Part shown: one piece after another, positions 27,682 to 36,670 of the stretch
Layout: each line of letters starts with the position of its first letter
Numbering within the stretch: position 1 is the stretch's first letter
NCBI GenBank assembly: GCA_034003985.1
Contig: JAVEXP010000003.1
Span: 58,643-122,642 of the forward strand
DNA: 64,000 nt
Direction: 5' to 3'
From: Patescibacteria group bacterium
GTDB lineage: Bacteria > Patescibacteriota > Patescibacteriia > Buchananbacterales > UBA6539
Position numbers and translations under genes: made by a program
Notes under the pieces: model-generated
What the model was told of the DNA's origin: nothing
Database searches by the model: none
Seen by the model: only the letters and a program-made list of their open reading frames with translations

Positions 27682-28743
27682 CTATTCCAAATCATCCTTA
27701 AGTTTAGCCAACTCTGACTTCTTAATAAAATCACTAACAATCACCCAAACTACCGTCGCAGCCGGAATAGCCAAAATCAAACCGATAATGCCGGCAATCC
27801 GGGTGCCAATCAACATAACGATAATAATAATAACCGGGTTCAAACCGACTGATTTTTTCATCACCTGGGGAACAATAATGTTATTTTCCACTTGCTGGAT
27901 GACAATATACAAAATCAAAACCGCCAACCCGCGACCAAACGAAACCGGCGGTACGGCAAAGCCCAAAAAAACTGCCGGAATTGCCCCCAAAATCGGTCCG
28001 ATATAAGGCACCAGTTCGGTAATGCCGGCGACCAGCGCCAAAACCAAAGCATACTTGGGTAACAGAATAATCAACCCAATGAAAGATAACACGCCGATAA
28101 TCAATCCCAAAATCAGCTGCCCCCTGGCCCAATCGCCGATCTTTTTTTGAATAGCAGTAAACAATTGACTCAAATGATCATGATACCGCGCCGGTGCAAT
28201 GGCCCGCAGAACCCGATCCATTACATCTTTTTCCACCACCAAATAAAAAGTAATAACCAAGATCATGATAAAGTTAACCAGATTTTCGAAGATGGCGATA
28301 ATAAAACCATAAACACCAGTGGCTGCCTGTTGCAAACCTGACTGTAGACCCTTCAAGCCGCTCATGACATTATCCAACAACCCTTGCTGCTGTGAGTATT
28401 CTTTAATGCTCAGATAATTTTGAGAAATTTGTTCCCAGAAACCCGGAAAATTTTGAATGAACAAACCAATCTGTTCAGCAATTGGCGGGATTAACAACCT
28501 AATAACCAACACCAGAAATAAAAATAAAATCAGGTAAATTAAAAAAATCCCCAAGGCGCGGGGGATCTTCTTTTTTTCCAAATAACTGACTGGCGGTTCA
28601 ATCAAAGCGGCAAAAATGATGGCGATAAAAACCATCAACAAAATGTCACCGATGAAATAAGCAAACAACACTACGGCAATAATTCCCAAAAATTTCAGGA
28701 TCGTTAGCGTTGAAATATTAATGGTGATATTTTTTTCGTCCAT
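27682..28743 (-). CDS. AI-2E family transporter (PerM/YdiK/TqsA-like, UPF0118)
   Basis: An 8-TM protein with the family signature ITELVPYIGPILGAIPAVFLGF. Confidence 0.7.
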   Translation of the reverse strand: MDEKNITINISTLTILKFLGIIAVVLFAYFIGDILLMVFIAIIFAALIEPPVSYLEKKKIPRALGIFLIYLILFLFLVLVIRLLIPPIAEQIGLFIQNFPGFWEQISQNYLSIKEYSQQQGLLDNVMSGLKGLQSGLQQAATGVYGFIIAIFENLVNFIMILVITFYLVVEKDVMDRVLRAIAPARYHDHLSQLFTAIQKKIGDWARGQLILGLIIGVLSFIGLIILLPKYALVLALVAGITELVPYIGPILGAIPAVFLGFAVPPVSFGRGLAVLILYIVIQQVENNIIVPQVMKKSVGLNPVIIIIVMLIGTRIAGIIGLILAIPAATVVWVIVSDFIKKSELAKLKDDLE

Positions 28744-28830
28744 TGTAATTAAACTCCTTTCAAAGCATCTTAATTATAATAAATTATACTTGCTAATGTC
28801 AATTAAAAAAGATATGATAACTGAGATTAG

Positions 28831-29289
28831 ATGCCCCAAATTACCACCAACAAACAAGCACTACATGATTACCAGGTTCTCGACAAGGCCGAAGCTGGCA
28901 TTGTTTTATCTGGCCCGGAAGTCAAAGCTGTTAAAAACGGCCAGATTAATTTGAAAGGTAGTCATATTTCAATTGACCCCAAAAGCGAAGTTTGGCTGAT
29001 TGGCACCCACATTTCTCCCTATAAGCCAGCCAGCGCCAACCAAAAGGACTACCGGCCAACCAGGGATCGCAAGCTACTATTGAACCATAAGGAAATCGAC
29101 CAACTGCGAGGCAAAAGTAAAGAAAAAGGCTTGACAATTCTACCTATTTCTGTATATACTAGAGGAAGTCTGATCAAAGTCGAAATTGCCGTGGTTCGAG
29201 GGAAAAAACATTACGACAAGCGCGAAACCATCAAACGACGGGAAATTGACCGAGAAATCAGAAGAAAGGTCAGACATTCGTCAAGATAA
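28831..29289 (+). CDS. smpB: SsrA-binding protein SmpB
   Basis: NKQALHDYQVLDKAEAGIVLSGPEVKAVKNGQINLKGSHISI...TRDRKLLLNHKEI..KGLTILPISVY..G.IKVEIAVVRGKK with a basic C-terminal tail. The gene sits immediately 5' of tmRNA. Confidence 0.9.
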   Translation: MPQITTNKQALHDYQVLDKAEAGIVLSGPEVKAVKNGQINLKGSHISIDPKSEVWLIGTHISPYKPASANQKDYRPTRDRKLLLNHKEIDQLRGKSKEKGLTILPISVYTRGSLIKVEIAVVRGKKHYDKRETIKRREIDREIRRKVRHSSR

Positions 29290-29298
29290 CAATATCAA

Positions 29299-29690
29299 GG
29301 GGATGCCTAAAATCGATAGGATGCAGACCTTGGACAGTCAAGCCGAGGGTTGATTATTTGCCTCGCCAAACCCAAATAGTCATCAAAAATAAGTGCCAAA
29401 TCACTTATGGCTAGGGTCAAGAGCGCTTTTAGCTCTCTTAGTCTAGCCCCCGCTTTGGCCTAAAACCCAAAGCCATCGGCCCGACAATGCCTAATAGTCG
29501 GTCACCGGTGTCAATTATTAGGCTGCAGCCGTTTGGTGTTTCAGTAAACGGCCCAAGTCTAAACTGAGACTTTAAAGCTTGGGGTTTTGTCAATTTTTGA
29601 CTTGAGCTTTGAACTTAAAAATTGACTAAGCTTGTAGAGCTGTTTACGATCACTTTCTAGACAGGGGTGCGAATCCCCTCATCTCCACCA
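29299..29690 (+). ncRNA. ssrA: tmRNA (SsrA)
   Basis: The 5' end GGGGATGCCTAAAATCGATAGG... and the 3' end ...GACAGGGGTGCGAATCCCCTCATCTCCACCA form a tRNA-Ala-like acceptor stem (GGGGATG/CATCTCC, G3:U70 pair), a T-arm and CCA. An internal ORF ends ...SLSLAPALA followed by TAA. The 392-nt length is typical. Confidence 0.85.
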
Positions 29691-29718
29691 TTACCAATCA
29701 TTATTAATTTTCAAAATC

Positions 29719-30270
29719 TTGAGAATTTCAAGAAAAAAAATCAAGTACAAACCGAGTCAACAGAAAAAATACCGGGCCAATGATCGGATTAAAAGTCCGC
29801 AAATCAGGCTGATTGACGAAAACGGACAAAACATCGGGATTGTCGATACTGACGAAGCTCGAGAAATGGCCCAAGACCGAGGTCTGGATCTGGTAGAAGT
29901 TTCGCCGCTGGCCAACCCGCCAGTGGTCAAAATTGTCGATTATAGCAAATTGAAATATCAGGAAGAAAAAGAACGACGCAAAGAAAAAGCCAAACAGAAA
30001 AAAGTCGAAATCAAAGGGATTAGACTGTCACTAAGAATCAGTGATCACGATAAAGAAGTGAGAATCAAGCAGGCCGAAAGATTTCTTAAACAAGACGACA
30101 AAGTTAAGCTGGAATTAGCACTCAAAGGCCGGGAACGGCAGCACAAAGATTTGGCTAGTGAGATTGTTAATAAATTCATTAAATCTTTAAACGAATTAGT
30201 GGAAGTAACAGTTGAACAGCCGCTGAATATCCAGGGCGGCAAGCTTTCAATTGTTATCGCTAAAAAATAA
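29719..30270 (+). CDS. infC: Translation initiation factor IF-3
   Basis: Non-ATG (TTG) start as is common for infC. ANDRIKSPQIRLIDENGQNIGIVDTDEAREMAQDRGLDLVEVSPLANPPVVKIVDYSKLKYQ, then the C-domain EIKGIRLSLRISDHD. Confidence 0.85.
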   Translation: MRISRKKIKYKPSQQKKYRANDRIKSPQIRLIDENGQNIGIVDTDEAREMAQDRGLDLVEVSPLANPPVVKIVDYSKLKYQEEKERRKEKAKQKKVEIKGIRLSLRISDHDKEVRIKQAERFLKQDDKVKLELALKGRERQHKDLASEIVNKFIKSLNELVEVTVEQPLNIQGGKLSIVIAKK

Positions 30271-30322
30271 TTAAAGGCCAAGTAACAGCCAATTTGCTGT
30301 TTTTTAATTTTCAACCAAAATT

Positions 30323-30526
30323 ATGAAACTAAAAACTCATAAAACTACGGCTAAAAAAGTGAAGGTCACTAAAGCCAAAAAAAATCGCAAGCTAATCACC
30401 AAACATGCCGGACAAGATCATTTTAATGCCCGCGATACCGGGAAAGTCGGCCGGCGCAAACGGCGCAATCAGAGCTTAGCCAAAGCGGACAGCAAGAACA
30501 TCAAACGCCTATTACCTTATTCATAA
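30323..30526 (+). CDS. rpmI: 50S ribosomal protein L35
   Basis: MKLKTHKTTAKKVKVTKAKKN... is short and basic. Canonical infC-rpmI-rplT order. Confidence 0.85.
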   Translation: MKLKTHKTTAKKVKVTKAKKNRKLITKHAGQDHFNARDTGKVGRRKRRNQSLAKADSKNIKRLLPYS

Positions 30527-30551
30527 GATAAATTCTCAATAAGTTAACATT

Positions 30552-30899
30552 ATGCCCAGAGTGAAACGAGGAACAACTCATGTCGCTAAACGCAAACGAG
30601 TCCTGAGCAAAACCAAAGGCTATAAGTGGGGCCGCAAAAACATCGGTCGCTTAGCCAAAACCGCCGCCAAAAAAGCCGGCGCCCAAGCGCTCAGTGATCG
30701 ACGCAAGAAAAAGCGGGTTAATCGGTCGTTGTGGTTGATTAAAATCAACGCGGCTTGCCGAGAAAACGATCTGTCCTATTCTAAGCTCATCAAACTGTTG
30801 AAGGACAACAAGATCGAAATCGACCGCAAAATCTTAGCCGAAATGGCTGCCAAACAGCCCAAAGTGTTCAAGCAAGTTGTTGAACAAATCAAAAAATAA
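30552..30899 (+). CDS. rplT: 50S ribosomal protein L20
   Basis: MPRVKRGTTHVAKRKRVLSKTKGYKWGRKN... Confidence 0.9.
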   Translation: MPRVKRGTTHVAKRKRVLSKTKGYKWGRKNIGRLAKTAAKKAGAQALSDRRKKKRVNRSLWLIKINAACRENDLSYSKLIKLLKDNKIEIDRKILAEMAAKQPKVFKQVVEQIKK

Positions 30900-30925
30900 T
30901 ATAATGGGTCTTGTGACCCATTTAC

Positions 30926-31002
30926 GGGGGCGTAGCTCAGTTGGTTAGAGCGTCTGCCTGTCACGCAGAAGGTCGAGGGTTCGAGCCCCTTCGTCCCCGC
31001 CA
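30926..31002 (+). tRNA. tRNA-Asp (anticodon GTC) with encoded CCA
   Basis: Acceptor GGGGGCG/CGTCCCC, anticodon stem TCTGC/GCAGA with loop CTGTCAC, T-arm GAGGGTTCGAGCCCCTT, discriminator G plus CCA. Confidence 0.85.
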
Positions 31003-31003
31003 T

Positions 31004-31032
31004 TAAAAAATCGCCTACTGGGCGGTTTTTTG
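31004..31032 (+). terminator. Rho-independent terminator after the rplT/tRNA-Asp unit
   Basis: CGCC-tact-GGGCG stem followed by TTTTTTG. Confidence 0.55.
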
Positions 31033-31067
31033 CTATACTTAGGACACGATAATTAATAATAAAAATT

Positions 31068-31631
31068 ATGGGAAGATTTAACCGAAACGACAAACCAGGC
31101 GGCAGAAGAGACTTTGGCGACAGAAAGAATGATAAACCAATGTACAAGGCAATCTGTAATAACTGCGGCAAAAATTGCGAGGTGCCATTCAAACCAAGTG
31201 GTGACCGACCGGTTTTATGCAGTGACTGTTTCTCCAATAGTCGTGGCAATGATCGACCTAAACATTACGACCGCTCTGGTAATAAAAATTTTGGTCGCGA
31301 TAAAACAATGTATATTGCAACTTGTGATAATTGCGGCGACAAATGTGAAGTACCTTTTCGACCAACTGGTGATAAGCCGGTTTATTGCAATAAATGCTTT
31401 AACCAAATAAACGATTCGAATAGGGGTAGGAATGAAAATGAAACCACCAAACAGCTAAACACCCAATTAACTACCCTGAACAACAAGTTGGATAAAATTT
31501 TAGAAATTCTATCTCAAAAATCAGCAGTTGAAACTAAATCAACTGCCAAACCAAAGAAAGCGACCATAAAAGAAAAAAAAGTATCAACCACCAGTAAAAA
31601 GAAAACTACTGCCACCAAGAAGAAGAAATAA
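31068..31631 (+). CDS. Tandem CxxC...CxxC zinc-ribbon protein with a coiled-coil and Lys/Thr-rich C-terminal tail (function unknown)
   Basis: Two copies of C-N-x-C-G-(K/D)-x-C-E-V-P-F-(K/R)-P-x-G-D-(R/K)-P-V-x-C-x-x-C-F (CNNCGKNCEVPFKPSGDRPVLCSDCF and CDNCGDKCEVPFRPTGDKPVYCNKCF), then LNTQLTTLNNKLDKILEIL and a K/T-rich tail. Confidence 0.5.
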   Translation: MGRFNRNDKPGGRRDFGDRKNDKPMYKAICNNCGKNCEVPFKPSGDRPVLCSDCFSNSRGNDRPKHYDRSGNKNFGRDKTMYIATCDNCGDKCEVPFRPTGDKPVYCNKCFNQINDSNRGRNENETTKQLNTQLTTLNNKLDKILEILSQKSAVETKSTAKPKKATIKEKKVSTTSKKKTTATKKKK

Positions 31632-31974
31632 CTGGTATTGATTTTTTCCCGTTTGTCTCCGTTACGCAAATTTATCCACTTAACACCCCCCGTTGTTATT
31701 ATATCAATCAAAGTGTGAATAAAAATAAATTATTATTTTCTATTATCACAATACTATTCGGGTTGTTTTTGATTGTCTTTGGCGGGGCTGACGACAGTCC
31801 TGGGGCGCAACTGCTTGGACTGGTAATAATTGCCATCAATATTGCGATAATAATCAAAAATAAACGAACTCTCAAACCCAAGCCATAACCGCCTAACAAA
31901 TGGACATCGTATAATTTTTTCCATTTGTTATTATTGAATAACCCAATAGGCTGTTTGGTGGTAAAATTAAACCT

Positions 31975-32874
31975 ATGAAACTAGGTCGGCAGCGACAAGG
32001 CGAATTATTTATTTTTTCCGAAGCGACCCTCTGGGCGCTTTTTCCGATTGTCACCGTTTTTTCTTACAGCAGTCTGTCACCGCTGATGTCGTTAGCGGGC
32101 AGCACGATTTTTAGCATCTTATTTTTTGCACTGGCGGTTGGCTTAAAAAAGCGCTGGCGAGAATTCAAGAACAAAGAAGCAATGAAAGATGTGCTATGGA
32201 TTGCTCTAATCATTGGAGTTGGCTATTATTCCTTAATCTTTTTGGGTCTGAATTATACCAGTCCGGGCAACGCCAGTATTATTGCCTTTACCGCCGAAAT
32301 TTTGTTTAGTTTTATTTTTTTTCATCTTTGGCGCAAGGACTATATTCCACTCAACCACTTGATGGGTGCAATGCTGATGGCCACGGCGGCGGGAATAGTC
32401 CTCTACCCCAATACCACCAGCCTGAACCACGGCGACCTGCTAATTCTACTGGCCGCCGCTGTTCCCCCGCTTGGTAATTTTTTCCAGCAACGCGCCCGAA
32501 AAAAAATCAGCAGCGAAAGCATTATGCTGGGGCGCAGCCTAATTAGCGCGGTGGCAATAATGGCGCTGGCCTTAATTTTTGGCGGACCGGTAAAAATAAT
32601 TGATCTCAAAACTTCCATCCTATTCTTATTAATCAATGGTTTTTTGTTGATGGGATTATCGAAAATTTTATGGATTGAAGGAATCCACCGCATATCGGTC
32701 ACCAAGGCAACCTCGCTAAGCACTATCGCGCCGATACTGACAATTCTATTTTCCTGGTTTTTCTTACAGCAATCGCCCACCGGCGGACAACTGCTGGCAA
32801 TTATTCCAATGATTCTTGGGGTCGGTTTTCTGGCTACACCGGCCAAAGAACCGACCATGTCTGATACTAGATAA
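31975..32874 (+). CDS. DMT-superfamily (EamA-like) transporter
   Basis: Ten predicted TM helices in two ~140-aa halves. 299 aa. Confidence 0.5.
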   Translation: MKLGRQRQGELFIFSEATLWALFPIVTVFSYSSLSPLMSLAGSTIFSILFFALAVGLKKRWREFKNKEAMKDVLWIALIIGVGYYSLIFLGLNYTSPGNASIIAFTAEILFSFIFFHLWRKDYIPLNHLMGAMLMATAAGIVLYPNTTSLNHGDLLILLAAAVPPLGNFFQQRARKKISSESIMLGRSLISAVAIMALALIFGGPVKIIDLKTSILFLLINGFLLMGLSKILWIEGIHRISVTKATSLSTIAPILTILFSWFFLQQSPTGGQLLAIIPMILGVGFLATPAKEPTMSDTR

Positions 32875-33008
32875 ATAATTCAATTTCAACGAAGTGATAA
32901 AATTACCGCTAACGGGCTTGAGCGGTTTTTTTGATTTGACAAACAATATTTTCGGTGATAATTTGACCTTGGTTTCAAGGGATCAAACACTTACTGGGAG
33001 GATTGAAG

Positions 33009-33485
33009 ATGAGTATGAAAACCTTGGACATTGGGCCGGATGAAGCAGAGTGCCAAACAAAATATGGCTGCTTTGCAATCTTTTTCGAAAGGCAAAAACA
33101 CGACCTGCCAATCAATTGTCTAGTGACGCCAACTCTGGAAGACCAAAGGCTGACGGAATCCAAGTTGGTAGCCATCGAAGAAATAATGATGCGGGCAGAA
33201 GATGGCAAAACTCGGCATGGCTGGCTTTACCTGTTTATATCGCAGTTAAAGCCCCAGACTCGCAACCTGAGATGCACCACCATTGTTGCCACCTGGCAAC
33301 GGGCGCAATGCTACCGGCAATATGGATATGTCACCCTGCCCGGCACGGATTCAAGCATCTTTCCGGTTGGAACAGCCATATGGTTGAAATGTTTTGGTGA
33401 AGATTTGGGCATGGGTAAAATCGTGGCCGTCCAGAAATTCCGCCCCATCTGGACCTATCTGTTCATCGTCGCTCGCGAGCAGTAA
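33009..33485 (+). CDS. Hypothetical protein with elevated GC (~50%); orphan without recognisable motifs
   Basis: Strong RBS GGGAGG 7 nt before ATG. Product MSMKTLDIGPDEAECQTKYGCFAIFFERQKHDLPINCLV... A terminator CCGAGGGT...ACCCTCGG+T7 follows at 33506-33545. Upstream promoter TTGACA-17-TAATTT at 32936-32964. Confidence 0.4.
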   Translation: MSMKTLDIGPDEAECQTKYGCFAIFFERQKHDLPINCLVTPTLEDQRLTESKLVAIEEIMMRAEDGKTRHGWLYLFISQLKPQTRNLRCTTIVATWQRAQCYRQYGYVTLPGTDSSIFPVGTAIWLKCFGEDLGMGKIVAVQKFRPIWTYLFIVAREQ

Positions 33486-33759
33486 GGCCAAGTCACGCCT
33501 TAAACCGAGGGTCTGCACACCAAGTACACCCTCGGAATTTTTTTAACAATTAGACAAGGCAAAATTACAACTCACCGCGATGATTGACATTAACAAGTTG
33601 TTATGATATCATTAGACTGCTTCCTGATAAATATAATTCTTGAAGTTCTGAGGCTTGCGGAAATCAAATTCCACAGATGTCACAGAGTATAGTTATGTAG
33701 AAATGTAGTCGAATTTCTAATTGCTATGGCAAACTAATTCACTATATTTCTACAGAACT

Positions 33760-33960
33760 ATGCAAGGAACCATAAAAAAATTATTAGGTGAAAAGAAATG
33801 TGGCTTTATCAGCCAAGAAGGTGTCGAAAAGGATGTATTTTTCAGTGACGCGAAGTTGGATGGGGTTAAATACGAAGACCTTAAAGAGGGTGATACTGTC
33901 ACTTTTGATGTTGAAGAAGGTGAAAAAGGACCAGCGGCCGTCAAAGTAAAGAAAGTCTAG
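33760..33960 (+). CDS. Cold-shock domain protein (CspA family), with a divergent RNP1 motif
   Basis: MQGTIKKLLGEKKCGFISQEGVEKDVFFSDAKLDG..YEDLKEGDTVTFDVEEGEKGPAAVKVKKV is collinear with CspA (MNGTVKWFNAEKGFGFI...VFVHFSAI...GQ.V.F....G.KGP.A..V). KCGFI replaces KGFGFI. Confidence 0.7.
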   Translation: MQGTIKKLLGEKKCGFISQEGVEKDVFFSDAKLDGVKYEDLKEGDTVTFDVEEGEKGPAAVKVKKV

Positions 33961-34037
33961 CCTTTTATAAGTTTCTCAAAAAATCGCCCGAGTGGCGATT
34001 TTTTGAGAATATCAAATCAAATCAGTAATTTAAAAGT

Positions 34038-34220
34038 ATGCTTAAAAAATCAAAAGAATTCGCCACTGGCGAATCAAGATATTGCCAAAAATGCGGCCGA
34101 GAGTCTCATCACTTAATAACCATCGCCGACGGCACTAAAGGAATAGATCAGTTAAAGTACTGTCCGAACTGCGCCGAGAAATTTAAACGATCAAAAAAAA
34201 CTTCCGATAAAACTGACTAA
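34038..34220 (+). CDS. Small zinc-ribbon protein (60 aa)
   Basis: CQKCG...x18...CPNC plus a basic tail. Hypothetical. Confidence 0.35.
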   Translation: MLKKSKEFATGESRYCQKCGRESHHLITIADGTKGIDQLKYCPNCAEKFKRSKKTSDKTD

Positions 34221-34344
34221 TGAACTTTAAGGACGCCCTATTATTTTTTGACGATCGGTTTTAAATTTAATTATCGTAGACACCAACCACATCAACCAAG
34301 GAGTGGTTTTTTGTTACTGCAAATGTTATGATTAGTTATATCAT

Positions 34345-35154
34345 ATGGAAAAAACCCGAAAAAAAATCGGTTTGGCCTTGGGTAGCGGCGGCATCCGCGG
34401 TCTCAGTCATATTGGCGTAATCAAGACTTTGTTAAAACACCAAATTCCAATTGACTACATTGCCGGCAGCAGTATTGGCGCCTGGGTTGGTGCACACTAC
34501 GCGCTGTTTCAAGATATTGAAAAATTGGAAGAATACACTCTGGAAAGAAAGAAAGAAAAATTTCTCTCCTTTCTGGAACCAACTCTAAGAGGCGGTTTAG
34601 TGAAGGGCAAAAAAATCGAAAAGCTGCTGACTGAATGGCTAAACGACGCTTCATTTACCGATACTAAAACTCCCCTTCAGGTTGTCGCCACCGATTTAGT
34701 CAGCGGTCAAGATATTGTATTTTATGAAGGCAAACTGGCCGTTGCGGTCCGAGCCAGTATGTCGGTACCAACCCTGTTTAAACCGATGAAATGGTCTGAT
34801 AAATTATTAGTTGATGGCGGCATCAGTAATCCAGTGCCGGATGATGTGGTACGAAGCATGGGCGCTGATATTGTCATCGCTGTCAATTTAGATAATTACA
34901 TCAAAAATAAAAAATTCACCGAAAAAGAAAGCCAGAGTCTAAGCGCTTCGGCTCAGCGCAGTCTAAATATTTTGCGTTATCATCTTTCGCGCTATTCAAT
35001 TGCTTCGGCCGACATTGTGATTGAACCATACACGCCAGTTGTAGGCATTCGCAGTTTTCGTGATTATTTTGATCAAAAAATTAATACCACTTTAGTCCAA
35101 AGCGGGATTGAAGAAACCGAAAAAGCCATTATTCAAATTAAAGGCCTGCTGTAA
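34345..35154 (+). CDS. Patatin-like phospholipase
   Basis: Oxyanion-hole GSGGIRG, nucleophile elbow GSSIG (GxSxG) and catalytic DGG (LVDGGISNPVP). Confidence 0.85.
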   Translation: MEKTRKKIGLALGSGGIRGLSHIGVIKTLLKHQIPIDYIAGSSIGAWVGAHYALFQDIEKLEEYTLERKKEKFLSFLEPTLRGGLVKGKKIEKLLTEWLNDASFTDTKTPLQVVATDLVSGQDIVFYEGKLAVAVRASMSVPTLFKPMKWSDKLLVDGGISNPVPDDVVRSMGADIVIAVNLDNYIKNKKFTEKESQSLSASAQRSLNILRYHLSRYSIASADIVIEPYTPVVGIRSFRDYFDQKINTTLVQSGIEETEKAIIQIKGLL

Positions 35155-35213
35155 TTTTTTCAAGTCCGACAAATAATCGCCGAGACAGCGATTTTTTGCT
35201 ATAATTAAAATCT

Positions 35214-36437
35214 ATGAAAAAAATAATTTCCGTTTTATTAATATTAATCGCTTCCCTAGGCTGGCTGTCAGCGGCGGGAGCAGCGGAAACTGATCTCAGT
35301 AACCGATTAGCCGGACGAATTTTACTGCAAGTCGAAAGCTACGGCCGGGCCTGGTATGTTGACCCCCTAACCCTAACGCGTTATTATCTCCAGGACGGCA
35401 ACGAAGCTTATTTTTTAATGCGCACTAAGGCTTTGGGTATCACCAATCAAAATTTAAATAAAATTCCTACTAAAAAAGGGCAGCGCGCCGATCAGGCGTT
35501 GGTTAATCGCCTCAAGGGCCAGATATTGTTGCAAGTCGAAGAGCACGGCGAAGCTTGGTATGTTGATCCAATTGACGGTTTACGCCATTATCTGGCCGAT
35601 GGCCAGGCAGCCTTTGAGTTGATGAAGGCCAAAGGCTTAGGAATCAGCAATGCCGATTTGGCAAAAATTCCAATAAATCAAGAACAAATTGTTCATGATA
35701 CGACATTTAACGATGTAGCCTATGCCAAGTTTGATGGTGATATTTTTTCAGACGAGTATAACGCCAATCAAATCTTGCCCTTGGCTTCTTTGTCAAAATT
35801 AATGACTGCTCTAGTCTTTTTAGACACCAATCCTGACTGGAACAGACAAATTACTATCACCCAGGAAGAAATCGACTATCCCAAAACTCTGGCCGGAAAC
35901 GACAATACCAGTGAAGTCGACTTGTCAGCCGGCGATACACTCAGCGTCAATGATTTGTGGGTGGCGATGTTAGTGGCTTCGTCCAATCAGGCGGCCGTAA
36001 CTTTGGCCGACAATTCTGGGTTCAACCGAAGCGAATTTGCCCAAAAGATGAACGACAAGGCCGCGGAATTGGGATTAACCAAAACCAAATTTTATGACCC
36101 CTCGGGTTTAGACGCCCACAATGTAACCACCGCTCAAGAGATGGCCAAGATTGCTTGGGCGGCGTTCAACCAACCAAAGATTGTCGAACCTCACCAATAT
36201 CAAAATTATGCCATCAAGGTTGTTACCAACCGGGGAGAAACCAAAACAGTGACAGTCGCCGATCGCAATTACAGCCTGCAACAATTCATACCTCAGGCTT
36301 CAAAAACCGGCTACCTAGTTGAAGCCCAGCGAACCGTGGCATTAAAAAAAGATAATCAAATAATCGTGGTAATGCACGCCTTGAGTATGAACCAGAGAAA
36401 TGATATTATCAAAAAGCTAATCAACAATTCTTTATGA
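35214..36437 (+). CDS. D-alanyl-D-alanine carboxypeptidase (peptidase S11/PBP5-like) with two N-terminal ~50-aa repeats
   Basis: Signal peptide, then the repeats RILLQVESYGRAWYVDPLTL.. and QILLQVEEHGEAWYVDPIDG.., then SxxK (ASLSKLM), SxN (SSNQAA) and KTG (ASKTGYL) motifs. Confidence 0.75.
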   Translation: MKKIISVLLILIASLGWLSAAGAAETDLSNRLAGRILLQVESYGRAWYVDPLTLTRYYLQDGNEAYFLMRTKALGITNQNLNKIPTKKGQRADQALVNRLKGQILLQVEEHGEAWYVDPIDGLRHYLADGQAAFELMKAKGLGISNADLAKIPINQEQIVHDTTFNDVAYAKFDGDIFSDEYNANQILPLASLSKLMTALVFLDTNPDWNRQITITQEEIDYPKTLAGNDNTSEVDLSAGDTLSVNDLWVAMLVASSNQAAVTLADNSGFNRSEFAQKMNDKAAELGLTKTKFYDPSGLDAHNVTTAQEMAKIAWAAFNQPKIVEPHQYQNYAIKVVTNRGETKTVTVADRNYSLQQFIPQASKTGYLVEAQRTVALKKDNQIIVVMHALSMNQRNDIIKKLINNSL

Positions 36438-36670
36438 TTATCAAAATTTTAGGATCAGGCTGCCCAAATTGCCAGAAACTTGAAAGTTTGGCCGGTCAGG
36501 CAGCCACCGAATTGGGACTAGATGCCAAAATCGAAAAGGTTACCGACTTTGCCCAGATTGCAGCCTATGGCGCAATGGCTATGCCGGCCCTGGTAATTGA
36601 CGACCAACTCAAACTGGCCGGCCGACTACCAAAACTAGAAGAATTAAAAAATCTATTAGCCAATGCTTAA
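36434..36670 (+). CDS. Thioredoxin-fold redox-active disulfide protein 2-like (CPNC)
   Basis: MIIKILGSGCPNCQKLE... (78 aa) is translationally coupled to the downstream DUF318 permease, a conserved gene pair. Confidence 0.7.
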   Translation: MIIKILGSGCPNCQKLESLAGQAATELGLDAKIEKVTDFAQIAAYGAMAMPALVIDDQLKLAGRLPKLEELKNLLANA

